34,559 nucleotides of DNA from Trichomonas gallinae (taxonomy: Eukaryota). The first letter of the stretch is position 1, and the number at the start of each line of letters is the position of its first letter. Position numbers and translations under genes: made by a program. The notes under the pieces were generated by a model. It saw only the letters and a program-made list of their open reading frames with translations. It did not search any database and was not told the DNA's origin. The stretch covers positions 1-34,559 of the forward strand of contig MRSU01003466.1 in the NCBI GenBank assembly GCA_008369845.1. Direction: 5' to 3'. This document shows, one piece after another, positions 33,701 to 34,559 of the stretch.

Positions 33701-33779
33701 CAGAGACATCTTACAAAACATTCCACCAGCTTTGAAACTTTCATGCGAGAAAATTTTATTCATGAATACACGTAATTAA
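18759..33779 (+). CDS. Giant (5006 aa) talin-like protein: five tandem talin-type FERM heads plus a long alpha-helical rod
   Basis: 15-kb uninterrupted ORF. First ATG at 18759 (MIDGFLDLY); the track start 18654 is GTG and the extension is just T-rich promoter. Recurring F1-end motifs (YRRFFIFS, FRRVFVLS, LSRFSFII, FTLMFFPP, VRRVFIFS) and F2/F3 junctions (VPGFGAKVF, ISDFGAIPF, LTTFSAEYY, LRKIGIYKF, IPGFGTEKY) occur at ~1.2-kb spacing. These match talin LRRKFFYS and LKTYGVSFF. The CDS itself is well supported; the domain call is by eye. Confidence 0.85.
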   Translation: MIDGFLDLYTVNNLKSPSMKKFKYSTEFTGSDFLYLACYNLKITPSENYVVVYFDDALVQHFLNNTDLLKNQEIVKATSVFIVDKEDTGQILNSAAFFSLKLRVTQQTQQAPASILSVEPQTFQNPSPIAIAANEYVDFNLGITEEEETFEGLTQIPVYYKFENNIRPPCELFKNFTFERTLRSCVKHLDLDPNIDYALFISRKKHNLTPFKEINSLESYDINEDTAIHVFPKKFTVHIITTYVNRLDIEVEATESVGDIVERICKQLHLHIFHDYTLKADDGKKSIELNLQKPIIMQTKQLESLTLYRRFFIFSREDIESLENAINAINDVRNYMQYMNLYFDKNDNTQMLNIIYYAVQAMLGPLEVKHFPIDLEYLFPNFPFPDNIIETVKQKFAKVQPPEHRENAARLFLREIRNVPGFGAKVFRAIYTDDEGVEHMNECNVVVTPIQLIIATDQIEKVNKSDDVYKLQLTYSQFRITSMSQNEVSIECQQNYESQYFEISLQILDGRVNEFYECAVETARIIKEIFTDRQIRRSRGELISFSASYDRVELYTAKDIKDDRPQLFTYDRTLTGAQLAEEAAKNLKIWDGRTEFRVLLYGSTENCEWFEPSQLIASIDPKNRSKIIVTPHFIHAKIHFSDGGSKVILMDMTMYAGRIVEIILQKINHPLFLGFGLYTYEDGKIGVPIFNKYYIPSQVCKVTNFLFFRRVFVLSKDDTLSKITRRQVLNDAMFYLKYFDVQISLDRFWELMFLFNIATERPKQNKKPDVEVFKKYLPLTLEYTVELFESFKKFALSYEKIDSMNASKRFMKEVRKISDFGAIPFMCIFEDNAPSSMMPVLKGKERLVRIGPQNLYLYRSETDIAKISWFEIRYAKLYQGKYLRLKHIPPKSTETKIIYITCSDPFQLWLIESYRDEFIMTLKERNRNHKKYSKIIPKIEEQRIAGTYIDETGRRFEPQIDLYVGTNPAVGSNLDKVWFETRSSYQDIYNKTMDVLGLGSKEKYILILYINRVSYVFDENHTLEDYTPPRESFLFMVRAERKIRYSYHGVPKKITTKMLADIKTVTFLACAEFSIVDPENFFLYVKTKGGNREMLDRSLMLCQQTTGGIDIYLSRFSFIISKDYISDVKYLREVYICLKDIAMSSPCCVFTQEKLMAMIGYSLHLEGLKPSDLEDPPTQFYPRRWEPQKNDMKLIKEAYKKTADKSLPEIVARYRKACLSLTTFSAEYYFVNIELEGGQLIDVFIVITRKHICVVKPKPATLMLDEIDLKSIFSMQTVRPQIQQHKMAFLAINFVDKRGQPTGILMESYEITKITNSIMAKVDAIKSKLLKNIRRGDSKKINSEYDMPTKFINELNTDLEPYKIKLPLYFTKKDIIAKVVKERELCDLFEYELLISIGIGKYEIFDDSTHLCYKYLNTATEIILIQKYYLCTFTDDRGTEINLTVDISKPVKDIIAILGSAFNIDYYLGYMIVDRSGESEKILSPLQPLASQTQNFKKLYFTLMFFPPFTKYDMQLPHSKRELFELYKNAVLTQDLHLETSNVILFALLQHNVECRNNLEYDIKPKSFTTYLTKGMEDDPAYLKDLNGFISKFKYMGSDVAATKYIENALALRKIGIYKFKISLLEREKEKTVLSSCKIEISYNGIVATKGSGSVIFKCSLRDIRSVLICKDIIYIGSMDITKRQYHDITLRGEKAQMIEQILTSYLKYMLPLVDIREYYQENQKKYVDQVFKEDTITLNMCRRFDNPISIKITIEKNKLMTDLLNAAGIFAGIIDTNNYVLFARAPDATTVFPIDIKQQIVSQLKDDYYFYLIARTKQIYVHLPVYYLKVLKEVDIRQNINDLIFTIMKENKLGISESFTFQIRSSPNLLLTLDPYKPLYSDSMTISDYYLVRRVFIFSSQYFMDDNTLYHIHYNLQEFISKYNPDISDEESSELQAINVFIQSREKDPYKKEYMKRVCPDLRFITPESKVYFTDRLAEFKRDNDSTKALLRHLYLIANIPGFGTEKYECMFAGSPGFLVISPYEIKFIDHENNATMLDVESESLKEVGIANNSISIHFSNNGRNKSIQLSAVENTIEAFRLLNFIIHLINSSQMLTSLELLNEELQYNMNPPKQLKLQSSSEKFSFDSNSGVSPSISSPALEVFDTKEDIEDFQPEILNFDDLQKTEINIVAIDLDQETKLQSDGHDQKIAFWRMNNDIFFLRRMINNITAITKYAENVKRDKEYWSPEDVKMMEQKIKSCINVDAKVKDEYIYKYEQILLNLNFNNDKMLSQYFTESEERIFIMRSKLSALKDEPIDLSNLTEEEQNLVHELLNFVEKSENLQHNFFMRAYEFAMKGFQPGTMIHILNKASFELNEAILQFCKDRKISNIVETKEKSINLIDQIIPTIFIPCMDSNLNIDISVTDFIDQYNQIKKAYREVSRYLHHINVKNLNNIINDHINGAKECIERIEELILLIMPRLTGTDLHMSLLIKFMLANSLKRIDIDKLDDFNQPTIEIYSSLIMKCRRLLRFGIDIHFAQKSENKDFVVEANKALQKLDNHIKYISSINILPLNIANVVNRLYELENFLSAACYINKYIEEDVRIQPMIFNINNYIDILNSVAASTDTYIFVTQSIFKIQELVSKIPVELAKYESIIKDYDLPEILYHHMAILKDNIMHNLLRLCANDDFFYDEDEFPQLKEFLSVSSYLYSLSPSLATDTADPDQAFTDCFITIKEYFYRSMNVRSLLSQTYDEVAVTRFMSDLKGKLDNIIKQIQYIHVSDFSNKMLHLCEEAINRFFDYSATHKPKKLRSVPTQSQIDKAVEVVNMIIKRLEEDMNTPDFTTILSNKLTAQDEIKGFKNLLAKVEEQRDKRSIDLYKILKKVAQKMHGLSIKVISTSFASEHEDFFEQIYKEIKHIKSSCTTSLKDTKLLMKEFVDHLIKFESIPLFKSSLEHMPEILSLYQNVESYPYPIAMAHRQFLKHVKVQLKTLMDDKTSLSFMPFSEFDSILKLLDRLITSIDYLPYLRVPPELNLALVDLNSKRMFEHVKQQIKLLPDVFNRLVINGNILFYPNMLAYQETIRTAIEKFISLTENEKYDELMDYFEPFDDILHNLELYLTISKDTFAQNYFFTLTQNLITYKKYQSSPHIDSLNISIFHKDMNDVLESVNENANPNNSKENEMLASQIKLLIDMKDYEEAQASVNEFFDNYIKICKNSEKSVHVRKEAFRACFRMLPYSNFNTGIVIPYLFAPDSNIQDQINSFIEYNSLSIREGLKFINNNINYWPITVCDNLHRLPSYINENCPSSVANFVMLRALAKLSNEKTIINNLRIVLNKILRDALHKMPFSNELFLDLLDNFNTFDVSNYIFGILVEINANISFDQNPYFDPTEFYFGMYQAVACYADLFYCLSSKLVTLLDKHKEIDARVKQFITSATDCILFGIRTVHIRPRSLITLVELVKDYEDNLHSSFIERLEDANMKSQLNSIINDFKYLRSFLLHSLYTAKPSDSILPPFILTIVYSMKYCVKRMNADSCRLIKAVIGSALDFLEVSLSKSKLQEIILLLRNIQTEFTKLSETNTENFIKSVNEMCDKILQDKDSISQYRENCAKIFKSPTKDPRLAILDTKVKALPDLKGKEKIKEFPIPKRLFKSIRSIQTYEQNELIDAPMIASKVLKRGLIHSQNLLITIQSIAAMIILAQERPESFITIAQLQALQTAAPTDIAVIYDSLILKVKSSSTMSEFIKLTRKITREEAIYLHLSLLLQCKTKIEVDNKDSEQIIDLINLSKLTTIPENVEHFNIIDKYQQKLTDHYSNLVEVMNILIMHYLIALNFHVLPKVPDEISKSKLRITATTIKSILNLISFPMIFISAIISLDRETVAIIDKFIIKCLEYFRKQNTIKSFDEMTEPVIYQWNDINSEMNIDVISDVVRILNSQFILYSNMTLVFSVASKILTDINVSTTVITEIDLDYSVDTLKSILIDNDYNTFVTKQTSHKAALLCTIYSFMEKSFEKGITSDLSILPLITQTEDYVTKFRTMKTYYIMNKSRKCLINQFNEYSIIARDILRINKFMPVLMKARIIHPNASPLGDIEKRVAITENFNIKDQPIAVLNAYLKFFYPGMLTDQFITEFSKTQQLLVRIMLSYLDGKESTFIGIDDMMSYMKIIKQQKLQNSVRTHIRKFMLERWKRFDPLEIMDLKMPTAIEQNNAFLKLSQNILDQTPVDFYPEQMILERLAMMASDIIASDVTTIDQYITYLKNTMLESIPLNEIKDDPLDAHQIENELKLLEDNERILLLKEDLILVYSDISKRPHDLNQINLTFLDIFIGIQNIFLILSSQTDAQNSSVISQLSHHEISVLYVMLKLFFMAPLQKSSINMNDFLKFEGFNQTLNAMIAQNSEVDKLMTKFKYSITEIAPITLNVQSESKKNLIERLSFEALTVLEEIILSRGPASTELLEKLFAKAAQLIPFFVDSKDIKIQEMLDNIYEIAQFTMNIPHINENSVYQIYKSALSNFFLLLLSLCKRFISNRVKFYEMYLNSIESYNMEQLFVSIHHVSEDLPEYQIAPYRARILDRFINNRKMTEDDFHSVSSPSKQIRELLRQSTIDVFDAYQNVEKPFEPFQDYDIEEEDSILKLCVFVLKLCTTKIPRSKARIIKQVIQNVAILFYLRNYDLADFAKSIVNFLRQTLTEFIDLKEEDSESFLLRSTAGVFLFLCLMTANDRSTTDQYLKRERVASNLVNFEGYFKEFSQSLDINHIQTFNTCLGSLKRCYSVKQNVEQLLNIVLLSIDPLNELHHEIPNDYREKPTVKAIQESQDRCQAEIEAIITQNSTYKSSIVKHITNHISLLMAFSFYEYDDSRIQLIALASTLYNQINTNLMNNSEASLNDFLQLSDSMINAMNIIQSYKDPDLTKDTRECLTALHIAERDFLIEKNQKNLVAVHAMRQMGEAIMNGKVSPKKAMETIEAITSFGFVFMMIIVISETCDIDQSLLSKAKLIRDILQNIPPALKLSCEKILFMNTRN

Positions 33780-34559
33780 TTTATTTGTTTATATTTTTTA
33801 TGTTTAAAAATGTTATTTGTTATGTTTTTTAAATTACTATTTATTTTTTTCATTAATCAAATTTGAAATGTTTTTTATATGTTATTTGTAACGCAATATA
33901 ATTTTAACTTGATATATGATGATGTCTGGTTAACAATTGTCTTCTGATATATGATATTATATAAAATAAAAAATCAGAATCAATCATATATAAGTATACA
34001 TAAAATAGATGAACATTATTTATAGTAGGATAGTTTGTTTATGAATCTTGATAGTAATTTATTCTATTAAGATAAAATTTATCTACATTATTTCGAAATC
34101 AGGTATAGTTGTGGTGTAACTTCTATGACTTTATATGTTACAATTTCGGTTGAATAGTGAGTAATGCGTGAATTTGATACCATTCAACATTAAATCATAT
34201 GCAATGATACAATTATAACAGTGTGTATGTTACATACCGATCATTTATATCGTAGTAAAAGAAATATCATGTTATAAAACTAGCATTATCTGCGTTAAGT
34301 ACGTCATGTCATGCTGTATTTAATTATAAAAGGGAGATTTAGTCATTTTATTGATAAAAATATATTTTGTCATGTAAATCTTTTTTGCCACTGTAAAGTT
34401 AAATGTTGATATAGTCACCTCAATAGAATATATTACATAATTAATTATATATAATTTTGTTCTAAAAGGAGCGTGGGTAAAGAAAATTTTTCGATTCAAT
34501 GAGATGTATCAAAAATATTCTGTGTCCTTTCAAAATTTTTAATTAGCTTATTTGTAAAT

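Noticed and set aside
242..33779. Spliceosomal introns, frameshifts or pseudogenes
   Set aside because: All seven ORFs are continuous, and I did not spot the trichomonad ACTAACACACAG branch/3' splice motif.
33780..34559. Terminal 780 bp examined for a gene, ncRNA or transposon end
   Set aside because: AT-rich, with no long ORF, terminal inverted repeat or RNA motif. Only the single TTTGTCATGTAAA at 34366 was noted.

Overview
Eukaryotic, AT-rich, intron-less, gene-dense genomic DNA. It is most consistent with a trichomonad (Parabasalia, Trichomonas vaginalis-like). Support: TCA(C/T/G)TT initiator elements 14-15 nt before ATGs, A-runs before ATGs, short signal peptides, and typical Pmp-like, kelch and BEACH-type families. 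The organism call is an inference. Seven protein-coding genes are supported: (1) a GDA1/CD39 ecto-NTPDase (-); (2) a ~1000-aa coiled-coil protein with a CEP290-like motif (-); (3) a 248-aa hypothetical protein (+); (4) a Pmp-like beta-helix surface protein (+); (5) a probably myristoylated kelch protein (-); (6) a 2227-aa ALFY/WDFY3-like protein with a degenerate BEACH domain (-); (7) a ~5000-aa giant protein (+). The giant protein is the most striking feature: by eye it carries five tandem talin-type head modules (F0-F1-F2-F3 FERM, ~395-aa period), an extra N-terminal F0-like domain, and a ~2800-aa helical rod. Non-coding features include a ~90-100 bp-period array of TTCACTTTTTAC elements in a divergent promoter, a ~107-bp tandem duplication upstream of the kelch gene, a recurring TTTG(A/T)CATGTAAA motif, and a possible structured RNA at 6965-7185. 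No rRNA, tRNA, CRISPR or transposase was seen. All domain calls are motif recognition by eye, not database searches.
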